NCBI GenBank assembly: GCA_964607485.1
Contig: CAZSKP010000016.1
Coordinates: forward strand, 1-64,000
DNA length: 64,000 nt
Source of the DNA: an uncultured bacterium
GTDB lineage: Bacteria; Abyssobacteria; SURF-5
Direction of reading: 5' to 3'
Each line of letters starts with the position of its first letter. The first letter of the stretch is position 1. Under the pieces are notes generated by a model. It was not told where the DNA came from. It made no database searches and worked only from the letters and a program-made list of their open reading frames with translations. The position numbers were made by a program, and so were the translations under genes. Shown here piece after piece: positions 37,781-47,535 of the stretch.

Positions 37781-38836
37781 ATGAAACAGAAATTTCTCTG
37801 CGGCGAGACTCTCGGCGGCGCCGACCGCGCAAGGTTGGTGTCGCGCCGTGATTTCATACGGGCCGCCGCCGTAGGCGCCGCCGGCGCGGCGTTGGCGGGA
37901 CCGCACGTGGCGTGCTCGGCCGGTTCACATTCACCCCGAAAGGGCCTGGGAAACATCTTCATGCAGGACGACAGGCCGCTGCTGGTCGTCGTCGAGGGCA
38001 CCGACCTCCGCACAATGCTCGAGGCGGGACTCGATGCGCTGGGCGGATTGAACAGGCTCGTCGAGGGAAAGAAGGTCGTGCTGAAACCGAACGTGGTCGC
38101 CTCGCAGCCTCCGCCCGTGACGACCGACATCGAGCTGGTGACGGCCCTCGCCGGACATGCTCGCGAGTCGGGAGCACACTCGGTATCGGTCTGCGACTCC
38201 AACAGCAGCGGCGTCAGCAAGGCCGGAAAATTTGAGGCCGTGCACTATCCCGCTCGTCTGAAAGAGGCCGGGATCGAGCTCGACGCGGTGGACTTCGGCG
38301 ACAGGATGGCCCATGTCTTCGTCAGCAACGAGAACTGGCGTTCGCATCCGACCATCGGAGTCGTGAAAACGCTGTACGAGGCCGACGTCATCGTCAATCT
38401 TCCGATGATAAAGCGGCACGACGCCGCCCGGTTCACCTGCGCGCTCAAGAACCATTTCGGGTCGGTGTACGGGCCGCTCAGGTTCGTCGCGCACAGTAAG
38501 CTGCGCATAAGCGATAAGGGCAGGAAATTTTTCGACAGGGCGCTTGCCGAGTTCGCGGATTCGGTGCGGTCGGAGTTGAACATCGTGGACGCACGCACGC
38601 TGCTCGTTCGTGACGGCCCGACGCTTGGCGGCAGGTCCGAGGTCAAATCGGGCGTCAACAGGATAATTCTCTGCGGCGACATGCTGGCGACCGACGTTTA
38701 CTGCTCGCAACTCATGCAGGAGCACGACGACACGTTTTCGCCCGACATGATTTCTATCCAACACGAAACCGCCGAGAGGCTGGGGCTCGGCGAGAGGGAT
38801 TTGAAGAATGTGGTTATCAAAGAAATCATCGCGTGA
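37781..38836 (+). CDS. Tat-exported DUF362 domain protein
   Basis: SRRDFIR twin-arginine signal; VVLKPN, VTTD, NLP..K.H, T.ALKN.FG. Confidence 0.88.
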   Translation: MKQKFLCGETLGGADRARLVSRRDFIRAAAVGAAGAALAGPHVACSAGSHSPRKGLGNIFMQDDRPLLVVVEGTDLRTMLEAGLDALGGLNRLVEGKKVVLKPNVVASQPPPVTTDIELVTALAGHARESGAHSVSVCDSNSSGVSKAGKFEAVHYPARLKEAGIELDAVDFGDRMAHVFVSNENWRSHPTIGVVKTLYEADVIVNLPMIKRHDAARFTCALKNHFGSVYGPLRFVAHSKLRISDKGRKFFDRALAEFADSVRSELNIVDARTLLVRDGPTLGGRSEVKSGVNRIILCGDMLATDVYCSQLMQEHDDTFSPDMISIQHETAERLGLGERDLKNVVIKEIIA

Positions 38837-39836
38837 GCGAATCGCCCGCCTGACGTTGCTCTGTCCCTTCCTGTTCGCGCTGGCGCTTTTCGCCGCCGCT
38901 TCGTGCGGGGGCGAGCCTTCTACGCAGGGGACGGAAACTTCAAAGAAAGCTGGCTCGGAAGAGCAGATGGTCGAACGCCTCTTGCCCACCTCGGGCGAGG
39001 TCGGCGGCTGGGAGCGCGAGGGCGAGCCAATGAGCTTCCGGGGAGAGGGCCTCTTCGACCACATCGACGGCGGAGCCGACATCTATTTCGAATACGGATT
39101 CGTCACGGTCGTGACGCAAGAGTATAAGAAGGAAGACGAGGCCGTCTCCATCGAGATATACTGCATGGACGACCCGGCGGCGGCGTTCGGAATCTATTCT
39201 TACAACCGGCATCCCACGCTCTCTCCGGTCGAGGTGGGAAGCGACGGCGCGATTCACCCTTACGGCCTCTTCTTCTGGCAGGACAGGTACTATGTGGACA
39301 TCCGCCAGCTTGGCGCGGCGACGATATCGAGCGAGGAGTTCGTGGCCCTCGCGAAAGCAGTCGAGAAGAAGATCGGAACGAAGGTGGACGCACCCGGCAT
39401 CATGAAGCTCTTGCCGGAAGAGAACATGGTCCCGCGAAGCATGGTGTTTGCCCGGGGCAAGCTCGGAATAAACAATCAGGTGTATGTCGCGCGCGAGGAC
39501 CTCTTCGGGCTCGAAAAGGGCGAGGCCGCGGCTATTGCGCGGTACAGAATCGGCCAGCCGGAGTTTTCGGTCATAATCGCGCAGTACGCGAGCAAGGAAG
39601 CCTGCCGAAAGGCGTTCCTGCGGCTTCGCGAGCATTTCCTCGGCAGCGAAAGCACGAACGAGAATGAATTCGTCGTTGTCCCCAGGCCGGCAAAACACTA
39701 CGCCGTCCGCAGGGTGGGGGACAGGTTGGTCGTCGTCGCCAACGCCGACAGCCGGGAAAACGCGCTCAATATGCTCGACCGTGTTTCGGAGCGGCTGGGC
39801 TCACAGGCCCCCGTCGCCGGCGCGTCGGCTGAATAG
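38808..39836 (+). CDS. DUF6599-like lipoprotein
   Basis: Lipobox AASC; LFDHIDGGADIYFEYGF, IEIY.M..AAAFGIYS. Confidence 0.8.
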   Translation: MWLSKKSSRERIARLTLLCPFLFALALFAAASCGGEPSTQGTETSKKAGSEEQMVERLLPTSGEVGGWEREGEPMSFRGEGLFDHIDGGADIYFEYGFVTVVTQEYKKEDEAVSIEIYCMDDPAAAFGIYSYNRHPTLSPVEVGSDGAIHPYGLFFWQDRYYVDIRQLGAATISSEEFVALAKAVEKKIGTKVDAPGIMKLLPEENMVPRSMVFARGKLGINNQVYVAREDLFGLEKGEAAAIARYRIGQPEFSVIIAQYASKEACRKAFLRLREHFLGSESTNENEFVVVPRPAKHYAVRRVGDRLVVVANADSRENALNMLDRVSERLGSQAPVAGASAE

Positions 39837-39843
39837 AAATCTT

Positions 39844-39999
39844 ATGGGCAAGCTGATCGACAAACTGAAGAGATACCTGTGGCTGCTGGCCCTCATTGCC
39901 GCCCTCGTCGTCGGCGGCTACGGCCTGTACCGCGGGGAGGCCATCGAGGTGTTCGAGAAGGCTCGAACCATCTGCCTCGAGTGTATAGGTATCGGATGA
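39844..39999 (+). CDS. CD1871A-family small CXXC membrane protein (51 aa)
   Basis: TM helix then GE..VF.KA..ICLECIGIG. Confidence 0.85.
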   Translation: MGKLIDKLKRYLWLLALIAALVVGGYGLYRGEAIEVFEKARTICLECIGIG

Positions 40000-40853
40000 A
40001 GCGCCGCCCCTTCCAGCTCATAAGCACAATAATCACAAATTCTTACGTGCAAGGCCTCTTCGTGGGGCAGATCCTCTACAGGGGCCCGCTCAAGTACTTC
40101 TGCGTGCCGAGCTTCAACTGCTACTCCTGCCCGCTGGCGATCTTCGCATGCCCCATCGGCGCAATGCAAGCCGTGGCGGCCGGATTCGCCTACCGGTTCG
40201 CATTTTACGTGGTCGGGATTCTCGGTGTCGTCGGCGCGGTCGTCGGGCGGATGGCGTGCGGCTGGATATGTCCGTTCGGCCTGCTGCAGGAATACCTCTA
40301 TAAAATCCCCTCGCCGAAACTTAGGATTCCCCGCTTCCTGAACTATGCGAAGTACGTGTTTCTGGTCGTGATGGTCATCCTCATGCCGGCGTTTCTCGTC
40401 AACGAATTCGGAGTTGGCGAGCCGTATTTCTGCAAGCTGGTGTGTCCGGCGGGCACGCTCGAGGCCGGCATCCCGCTTCCTTTGATTGAGCCGGCGCTGA
40501 AGAACCAGCTCGGCGGGCTGTATGCGCTCAAGATAGGCATCCTGGTGTTCTTCCTCGTTTGGATGGTCGTGAGCCGCCGCGCGTTCTGCCGGACGACCTG
40601 TCCGCTGGGCGCGATTTACTCGCTCTTCAATCGGTTCAGCCTCTACAGCATGAGCTGGAACGCGACCACCTGCATAAAGTGCGACGAGTGCTACAAGCAG
40701 TGTCCGATGGACTTGAAGGTGTACGAAAGCCCCAACGCCGCGAACTGCATCCGCTGCCTCAAGTGCCGCGACAATTGTCCGACCGGTTCCATCGCCTACT
40801 CGCACCGCCTCCTCCACACCCCGCCCGCCGAAACCGAACCCCAGCCGAACTAG
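39996..40853 (+). CDS. Membrane 4Fe-4S binding protein (NapH/MauN-like polyferredoxin)
   Basis: NCYSCP..ACP.G, CGWICPFG, CKLVCPAG, FCRTTCPLG, two CxxCxxCxxxCP. Confidence 0.9.
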   Translation: MKRRPFQLISTIITNSYVQGLFVGQILYRGPLKYFCVPSFNCYSCPLAIFACPIGAMQAVAAGFAYRFAFYVVGILGVVGAVVGRMACGWICPFGLLQEYLYKIPSPKLRIPRFLNYAKYVFLVVMVILMPAFLVNEFGVGEPYFCKLVCPAGTLEAGIPLPLIEPALKNQLGGLYALKIGILVFFLVWMVVSRRAFCRTTCPLGAIYSLFNRFSLYSMSWNATTCIKCDECYKQCPMDLKVYESPNAANCIRCLKCRDNCPTGSIAYSHRLLHTPPAETEPQPN

Positions 40854-40998
40854 CGGACATATCGCAAGGCCCCAAGCCGCCCCAACCACAGACAAATTCG
40901 GACAAATACAGACTACTCTAAACAAATACAGACGATTCTAGAATAATAAAGCATAATCAGCACAATTCGTGCGCATTCATGAAATTCGTCGTCTAAAC

Positions 40999-41184
40999 GG
41001 CCTGTTGCCCGAACCATTTCTGGGTCATTGCGAGGGAGGGTCAACGACCCGACCGAAGCAATCTCGAAGGCGTCTTCCACTTATTATCGGGATTGCTTCG
41101 TTGCTCGAGCCTATGGCTCTTCGCTCCTCGCAATGACGAGACATAGGAACTTTCTTGTGCGCGAAATTACTTTGGCAACACACC
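40999..41184. mobile_element. MITE-like cruciform element copy A
   Basis: Ends GGCCTGTTGCCC / TTTGGCAACACACC; core GTCATTGCGAG..CGAAGCAATC..GATTGCTTCG..CTCGCAATGAC. Confidence 0.75.
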
Positions 41185-41309
41185 GCAAGATACTTATTGT
41201 TCGTCTGGTTTACCGCTTGCATTCCTATCTCGCCTTGGAGTAGAATTGTGCGGGGATTGGGGGCGGATTTTTTTCACTGTTCCTCAGTCGAACAACACGG
41301 GAGGTTGCT

Positions 41310-42662
41310 GTGACGAGCACGTTCAGGAAGAAGGAAGCGGATGTCGTCGTGGTCGGCTCCGGGCCTGGCGGCGCGACGGTCGCGCGCCAGCTCGCGCGTG
41401 CGGGCAAGAACGTCGTTCTGCTTGAATACGGGAAGGACCATCGCGGCAAATTCTATTACGGCACTCATTTCGGATGCCTGCTCTATTGCGACAAGATGGG
41501 CCTCCTGATGACGAAGGAGGGCCTGAACATCATTCGCCCGCTCATGGTCGGCGGCGCGACCAACCTTTTCTGCGGATGCGCCTCGCCGCCGCCGCCGTGG
41601 TTCAAGGAGAAGTACAAGGTCGATATCGATGATCAGGTGAACGAGACCATCGAGGAGCTGAAGATCGCTCCGTTGCCCGACCACCTGCTCGGCTCGGCGT
41701 CGAGGCGGATGATGGAGGCCGCCAACGAGCTTGGCTACGCCTTTGAGCCGCAGGCGAAGTTTATGGACGCGTCGCGCACGCAGTTCGACTGCGGCGCGAA
41801 GTGCATGCTCGGCTGCCGGTGCGGCGCGAAATGGTCGGCGAGCGAGTTCGTCGACGACGCCGTCGCCGCCGGCTGCGAGCTGATGACGCAGGCGAAGGTG
41901 AGCGACGTGATGATCGACCACGGCCAGGTCATAGGCGTCCGCGGCAAACTCAAGCGGAAGGACCCGTTCGAAATATACGCCGACACGGTCGTCGTGTCCG
42001 CCGGCGGCATCGGCACGCCCATCATCCTCCAGCACTCCGGCCTGTTCGACGCGGGCAAGGGGATGACGATGGACACGACCGCGATGGTCTATGGCGTCGC
42101 CAAGTTGCGGGGCAACTCCGCCGACGCGCCGATGACCGTCTCGTGGTGCGACGACGAACACGGATACATGCTCAGCACGCTCATCGACCCGTGGATGCTG
42201 TACCCGATGATCATGACGCTCAAGGGGCCGAAGTATCCGTTCACCGCCGTCCATTACCGCCGCACGCTCGGCATGATGATAAAGGTGAAAGACGAGATCG
42301 CGGGCGGCATCACGATGGAGGGCAAGATAAGCAAGCCGATGACCGACCGCGACCAGCAGCGGCTCAATCACGCCTCGATCGTGTGCAGAAAGATTCTGAT
42401 GCGGGCGGGCTGCGACTCGGAATCCGTCTTCGTCACGCCGCTTCGCGGAACGCATCCGAGCGGCACGGTGCGCATCGGCGAGATGCTCGACACCGACCTG
42501 CAGACCGAGGTCAAGGGGCTTTACGTGTGCGACGCGAGCACGTTCCCCGAGGCGCTCGACAGGCCGACCGTGCTCACCATCATCAGCCTCGCCAAGCGGC
42601 TTTCTGAACACCTGCTGAAAAAGAAACCACCCGCCAAAGCGAAGGCGAAGGCGGCCCGATAG
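41310..42662 (+). CDS. GMC-family oxidoreductase
   Basis: VVVGSGPGG, VGGAT, SAGGIGTP, HPSGT, LYVCDASTFP. Confidence 0.9.
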   Translation: MTSTFRKKEADVVVVGSGPGGATVARQLARAGKNVVLLEYGKDHRGKFYYGTHFGCLLYCDKMGLLMTKEGLNIIRPLMVGGATNLFCGCASPPPPWFKEKYKVDIDDQVNETIEELKIAPLPDHLLGSASRRMMEAANELGYAFEPQAKFMDASRTQFDCGAKCMLGCRCGAKWSASEFVDDAVAAGCELMTQAKVSDVMIDHGQVIGVRGKLKRKDPFEIYADTVVVSAGGIGTPIILQHSGLFDAGKGMTMDTTAMVYGVAKLRGNSADAPMTVSWCDDEHGYMLSTLIDPWMLYPMIMTLKGPKYPFTAVHYRRTLGMMIKVKDEIAGGITMEGKISKPMTDRDQQRLNHASIVCRKILMRAGCDSESVFVTPLRGTHPSGTVRIGEMLDTDLQTEVKGLYVCDASTFPEALDRPTVLTIISLAKRLSEHLLKKKPPAKAKAKAAR

Positions 42663-42671
42663 CCAGTGAAA

Positions 42672-42707
42672 CAAAAACGCGCGGCGGCACGGATGCCGCC
42701 ACGCGTT
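42672..42707 (-). terminator. Intrinsic terminator between convergent GMC and BON genes
   Basis: AACGCGCGGCGGCA/TGCCGCCACGCGTT hairpin with A-tract on the left (U-tract on minus strand). Confidence 0.7.
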
Positions 42708-42738
42708 GGCCTCTCCTCTCCATCGGCGCTGGGGCTGA

Positions 42739-43347
42739 TTATGAGCCGATAACGAATATCTCGTTCTTCACGTCTTTCACGCCGGGAACGCTTCTTGCAA
42801 TCTGTTCCGCGGCCATCTTTTCTTTCACATTATCCGCCGAGCCTCTGAGTGTCACGAAGCCGTTGTATGTGTGCGCGCCTATCCACGTGCCCGTTACTCT
42901 CGGGCTCGCGATAAGATCCGCCTTTATCCTTCGTGAAATCCAGAAGTCGTCCAAGCCCTGCTCAAAGGACCGTTTCTCGGCCGGCTTGGCCTTGTAGTTC
43001 GGGTCCACTCTCAGCATGTCCACGACACCCTTCACGCCGGATGTGTTCTTGGCTATCTGCAGAGCGCGGTCCCGTTCGGCCACGTTGGGTACGTACCCGT
43101 ACACATACGCGATGCCGTTTTCCGTCTTCACATCGACGTCGAACGTGTTGATCTTTCTGTCGAGGAAATATTCGGACTCCAGCCGTGTGGAGAGCCACCC
43201 GTCGGAGAGCCGGGCTCCGAGCGTCTTCTTGGCCGGCGCCTCGGCCTCGCCCTTGGCCATCACAGCCGTCGCAGGCAACATAAGCGCCACGGCAAGCACC
43301 AGCGCCGCCGCATATTTCCCGATTTCAGCCTTTGTTAGTGGAAGCAT
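42739..43347 (-). CDS. Dual BON-domain protein (OsmY-like)
   Basis: Signal peptide; two D..I/L...V...G.V.L.G...A...GVK.V repeats. Confidence 0.9.
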   Translation of the reverse strand: MLPLTKAEIGKYAAALVLAVALMLPATAVMAKGEAEAPAKKTLGARLSDGWLSTRLESEYFLDRKINTFDVDVKTENGIAYVYGYVPNVAERDRALQIAKNTSGVKGVVDMLRVDPNYKAKPAEKRSFEQGLDDFWISRRIKADLIASPRVTGTWIGAHTYNGFVTLRGSADNVKEKMAAEQIARSVPGVKDVKNEIFVIGS

Positions 43348-43493
43348 CTTTCAGCCCCCCTTTCTTTACTGCAAACCTCTTTACCTAAGTATGCTCTCGA
43401 CCGCCCCACGGAGGCAATAGGCGGCGTTTCGGGTAGTCATTCAGCCGATGGGCGCACGACATGGTAGTGGGTTTGGGGGTCGGGCTGTTCGGC

Positions 43494-43521
43494 GTAGGGG
43501 CGGTTCGCGAACCGCCCCTAC
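43494..43521. repeat. GTAG-type REP palindrome
   Basis: Perfect 28-nt palindrome GTAGGGGCGGTTCGCGAACCGCCCCTAC. Confidence 0.8.
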
Positions 43522-43705
43522 AATGCTGGCAACGGCCTCCTTAGAGCACCCGCAAAGGTGACCAGAAATCGTGCATTCCTATCTATTGTTTCGCACATCC
43601 CTTGCCGATTTTTCCGTTGACTTCTCCCATGACACATGGTAAGTTTGTTCAACGTTCGAGAAGTCGTGAAATGGGCCGGATTGTCCGCGTAGCTGGAGAC
43701 AAATC

Positions 43706-44689
43706 ATGAAAATTCTCGTCACCGGTGGCTCGGGATATATCGGTTCCGCCGTCGTGAGGGAACTTCTGAAGGGCAAGAACAAGGTTAGGGTGCTCGTGAG
43801 GGAGTCCGACGACCTCCGCAACCTCGAAGGGCTCAAGGTGGAGCTGGTGTACGGCGACATCACCGACTTCCATTCGGTAATGAGCGCGCTCGACGGGTGC
43901 GGCCGAGTGTTCCATCTCGCGGCCATCTATGCAATCTGGCTGCCCGAGCCGAGGATGATGTACTGGGTGAACGTCCAGGGAACGAAGAACGTGCTCGAGG
44001 CGTGCATGCAGACGAAGATAAAGAAGGTCGTGTACACAAGCTCCGTCGCCGCGCTCGGCGCGCACGGGAAAGACCACCCCGCCGACGAATCGGCCCAGTT
44101 CAACCTCTGGCATACGAAGGACAACTACTACATATCCAAGTTCCGGGCCGAGCAGGTGGTTCTCGACTATTTCCGGCGCGGCCTGCCCGTTGTGATTGTG
44201 AACCCCACGAACCCCTGCGGCCCGCGCGACATGATGCCGACCCCCAACGGCGAGCTCATCATCAACATCATCAAGGGAAAGCTGCCCGGCTACGTCGACG
44301 GCGGCATCAACGTGTCCGACATCGGCGATACGGCGAAGGGGCACGTGCTCGCGATGGAAAAAGGGACGCCGGGCGAGAAATACGTCCTCGGCAACACCAA
44401 CGTGTCGGTCAAGGAATACTTCGACCTGATAGCGCAGATAGGAGGCGGCAAGTCGCCGTCGATAAGGATTCCCAGGTCGGTCGCCGTTTTTTCCGGATAC
44501 CTGTACCAGCTCTTGGCGGCGGTCACGCGAAAGCCGCCGGTCACCACTGCCGCCTGGGTGCGCGTCGGCAGCGAATACTCGTTCTGGGATTCCTCGAAGG
44601 CGGTGAAAGAGCTCGGCATGCCCCAGACTCCCATCCGTGAAAGCATCGAGAGCGCCATCGGCTGGTTCAGGGAGAACGGATACTTGTGA
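43706..44689 (+). CDS. NAD-dependent epimerase/dehydratase (dihydroflavonol reductase/HpnA-like)
   Basis: TGGSGYIG, HLAA, YTSS, YYISK. Confidence 0.9.
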   Translation: MKILVTGGSGYIGSAVVRELLKGKNKVRVLVRESDDLRNLEGLKVELVYGDITDFHSVMSALDGCGRVFHLAAIYAIWLPEPRMMYWVNVQGTKNVLEACMQTKIKKVVYTSSVAALGAHGKDHPADESAQFNLWHTKDNYYISKFRAEQVVLDYFRRGLPVVIVNPTNPCGPRDMMPTPNGELIINIIKGKLPGYVDGGINVSDIGDTAKGHVLAMEKGTPGEKYVLGNTNVSVKEYFDLIAQIGGGKSPSIRIPRSVAVFSGYLYQLLAAVTRKPPVTTAAWVRVGSEYSFWDSSKAVKELGMPQTPIRESIESAIGWFRENGYL

Positions 44690-44750
44690 GGAACGACAGC
44701 GCGGAGCGGTGTGTGCCTGCGAGGAAATGCTAGTCGGAGCTGTTAGTAAT

Positions 44751-44851
44751 TGTCATTCTGAGCGCAGCGAAGAATCTCAAAGAAGATTGCGGCAGGCCGA
44801 CGAAAGAGGAGATCCTTCACTTGGGCCTGCGGCCCTTCGTTCAGGATGACA
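44751..44851. repeat. Cruciform repeat, CATTCTGAG variant
   Basis: TGTCATTCTGAGCGCAGCGAAGAATCT..AGATCCTTC..TTCAGGATGACA. Confidence 0.7.
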
Positions 44852-44922
44852 AGAGAGTGAAGCATTTTGTGCTTCCCGTGGCAAAGTCGGAATAATGGCG
44901 ATGATCTGACATAATCCCCTTC

Positions 44923-46098
44923 ATGAATCTGAGTGAAATCGTCGATAAAGTAATTCAGTTGCGGCAGGGGCCATCGCCCGACGAGCACGTCGCCGAGTAC
45001 ATCGAGTCAACCCTGAGGGCTTCCGGCGCGCAGGTTCACACGCAGGCGTTTGTCTTTTCGGATCGAACGCTCGCCTTAGTCGGCGCGGCAGTCTTCCTGC
45101 TGTCGGTATTGTTCCTTTTGAGCCTATGGAAATGGTGGCGTCGCGCCGCGTTTCTGTCGGGACTCGCAATCCCTCTTATTCTCCTGATGGAACTCTCGCT
45201 CGGTTTCCACGTGGTGAGCTGGCCGGGCCAGAAGAAAGCGGTAAACATTGTCGTGGACTTCCCCGTTCAGGACACCGCACGCACGGTCATCGTGGGAACC
45301 CATATATCGGCAACCGACCATAGGGGAGCCGCAACGCCTCCGGGACGATTCGCGGAGACGGTCTCGGCCTTTTTGTTGCCGGTGACGCTGGTAATGGCGC
45401 TGCTGGGACTCTGGCAACTCGCCAGGTATTTTGGTAAGATTGATTTCGAGGATGCGCACACGATTGTCCTGATTATGGGGGCCGTGTGTGCCGTTTACTA
45501 CGCGCTGTGGTTCGGAATGCTGTTGGATCGCGTGGGATTGCGGGTTGCGAAATCCGACCTGAGTGATAATGCCGGTTCAATCGCCGTGCTGACCGGACTC
45601 GCGCAGGAATTGCCGAAAAAATATCCGCGGCTCGAAAACACATGGGTTACGGTCGCGTTTTTCGGCGGAACCGAACGGGGCGACTACGGAGCTAAGTCGT
45701 TGGCAAAAAGTCTTTCGAAGAAAACGGGCCAGAAGCGGCCGACGTATTACATAGGATGCGACGGAATGGGTAGGGGCGGCCCGCATGCGTACGTGATTCC
45801 CGGCAATGAACCCCCTGGGGCGCTTTATGCCGACCGCGAGTTAATCCGCATTATGGATCGCGCCGCCGTCGCCGTTACCGGTCGCCAGCCCGAAACGGAG
45901 CTCTCGACGGTATCAGACGCCGAGGAATTCGCCGCATATGGCTATCCCGCGGTTGTAATCACGACACTGCCGACGCCGGCAGACGACACGGGCGGCGGCC
46001 CGTCCGGATTTAATCCGATAGATAGAGGTCAGCTACTGCTCAGCCTGCAATTAGTCGAGAGGACGCTCTTGGAATTCGAGAAACCGCTGATTCGTTGA
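44923..46098 (+). CDS. M28-peptidase-like membrane protein with degenerate metal ligands
   Basis: NIV..P...VIVGTH, SDNAGS.AVL, SDA..F...GYP layout with TM inserts. Confidence 0.7.
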   Translation: MNLSEIVDKVIQLRQGPSPDEHVAEYIESTLRASGAQVHTQAFVFSDRTLALVGAAVFLLSVLFLLSLWKWWRRAAFLSGLAIPLILLMELSLGFHVVSWPGQKKAVNIVVDFPVQDTARTVIVGTHISATDHRGAATPPGRFAETVSAFLLPVTLVMALLGLWQLARYFGKIDFEDAHTIVLIMGAVCAVYYALWFGMLLDRVGLRVAKSDLSDNAGSIAVLTGLAQELPKKYPRLENTWVTVAFFGGTERGDYGAKSLAKSLSKKTGQKRPTYYIGCDGMGRGGPHAYVIPGNEPPGALYADRELIRIMDRAAVAVTGRQPETELSTVSDAEEFAAYGYPAVVITTLPTPADDTGGGPSGFNPIDRGQLLLSLQLVERTLLEFEKPLIR

Positions 46099-46181
46099 GG
46101 AAGGTCTGCAACCCATGGCCCGGAGCATCCGGAAAGGTGCGACACCGAGAAGCGTTAGTTTCGATTAATGGGAGGTGCCGA

Positions 46182-46988
46182 ATGAGACGTTCAGTCAAGC
46201 TGATCGCTCTTCTTGTTCCCGTCTTGCTGATTGCGAGCGCCTGCGAGACGACGGGCATAAACAGGGGCCAGATAAATATCGTCTCGACCAACGACGAAAT
46301 AGAGCTGGGGAAGAACCTGGCGGTCGAGGTGGAAAAAGAACAGACCGTCCTGAACAACCCGGCCCTCACCCAGTACGTGAACGAAATCGGCCAGGCGGTC
46401 GCCGCTCAGAGCGACCGGCCCGATGTGCCCTACAGTTTCAAAGTGATCGATAACGACGAAGAGGTCAATGCGTTCGCCCTGCCGGGGGGCCCGATATATG
46501 TTTACACCGGACTGCTCAAATACGCCGACAACGAGGCCGAACTGGCCAGCGTGCTCGGACACGAAGTCGCCCATGTGGCCGCCCGTCATTCCGCCGAACA
46601 GTTGACGAAGGCATACGGGTTCTCCCTCGTGGCCCAAATAATACTCGGGGAGGACCCCGGCGCCACGGCCCAGATGGCGCGCGACATCGTCGGCTCTTTG
46701 GGGATGCTCAAGTTCTCGCGCGACGACGAAATCGAGGCCGACCGTCTGGGAGTCCGCTACATGTTTCGGGCGGGATACAACCCGAACGCCATGACCTCGT
46801 TTCAGAAGAAGCTGGGCGAGCTTACGTCGAGCAGCCCGAGCCGCGTGCTCAACCTTCTCAGCACGCATCCGATGTCGCAGGATAGGATAGAAGCGGTCAG
46901 AGCGGAGATAGCGACTCTGCCGCCGGGCAAGAAGGTGGAGTACTACCCGGAACGCTACAAAGAGGTCATCGGCCGCGAGCTGAGGTAG
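46182..46988 (+). CDS. M48-family metalloprotease lipoprotein
   Basis: Lipobox ASAC; VNAFALPGG, HEVAH, FSR.DE.EAD, STHP. Confidence 0.92.
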   Translation: MRRSVKLIALLVPVLLIASACETTGINRGQINIVSTNDEIELGKNLAVEVEKEQTVLNNPALTQYVNEIGQAVAAQSDRPDVPYSFKVIDNDEEVNAFALPGGPIYVYTGLLKYADNEAELASVLGHEVAHVAARHSAEQLTKAYGFSLVAQIILGEDPGATAQMARDIVGSLGMLKFSRDDEIEADRLGVRYMFRAGYNPNAMTSFQKKLGELTSSSPSRVLNLLSTHPMSQDRIEAVRAEIATLPPGKKVEYYPERYKEVIGRELR

Positions 46989-47073
46989 CGGGCGGCGTCC
47001 AGCAAAAAATTTGGAGCTTCATTCCATGGGTGGTTGTTTGGTCGGGAGGATAGCTTAGAGGAGGAGTTTTCAG

Positions 47074-47463
47074 ATGAATCGAAAAGCTCTCACACTCTTC
47101 GCAGCGATCATCACGATGTGCGCGCTCGTTTACGGTTGTGCCTCGGCCGACGCCGGCGCGGCGGGAGGCGCGAGCGGATACACCTGGTCGCGTGGCAAGC
47201 TTAGCTTCGCTGTCTCACACGACATAGGCACATGCCATAATGCAACGGTCCTCGCGCTCACCGACCTCGGGATAACCGTTGTGGGCGACACGACCGACAG
47301 GCTGGCGGGCAGGATTATGGGAGAAACCAGCCTGGGCGAGTCGGTCATTGTGGACCTTGAGCCGAAGGGGTTGGAGGCTACCAAAATAGAGATTCGCGTG
47401 GGTGTCGTGGGCAACGAGGGCCAGTCGAAGATAATAGCCGACGCCATCAAGAGGCAGCTGTAG
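47074..47463 (+). CDS. DUF3568-like lipoprotein
   Basis: YGC lipobox, GAAGG..Y...GKL, IRVG..G. Confidence 0.75.
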   Translation: MNRKALTLFAAIITMCALVYGCASADAGAAGGASGYTWSRGKLSFAVSHDIGTCHNATVLALTDLGITVVGDTTDRLAGRIMGETSLGESVIVDLEPKGLEATKIEIRVGVVGNEGQSKIIADAIKRQL

Positions 47464-47535
47464 CGGCCACCTCTTCGCAGGGCTGCTGTTTTCCACAGTC
47501 GGAGACGTTCAGAAAAAGGAAGGAGCAATGCGACA

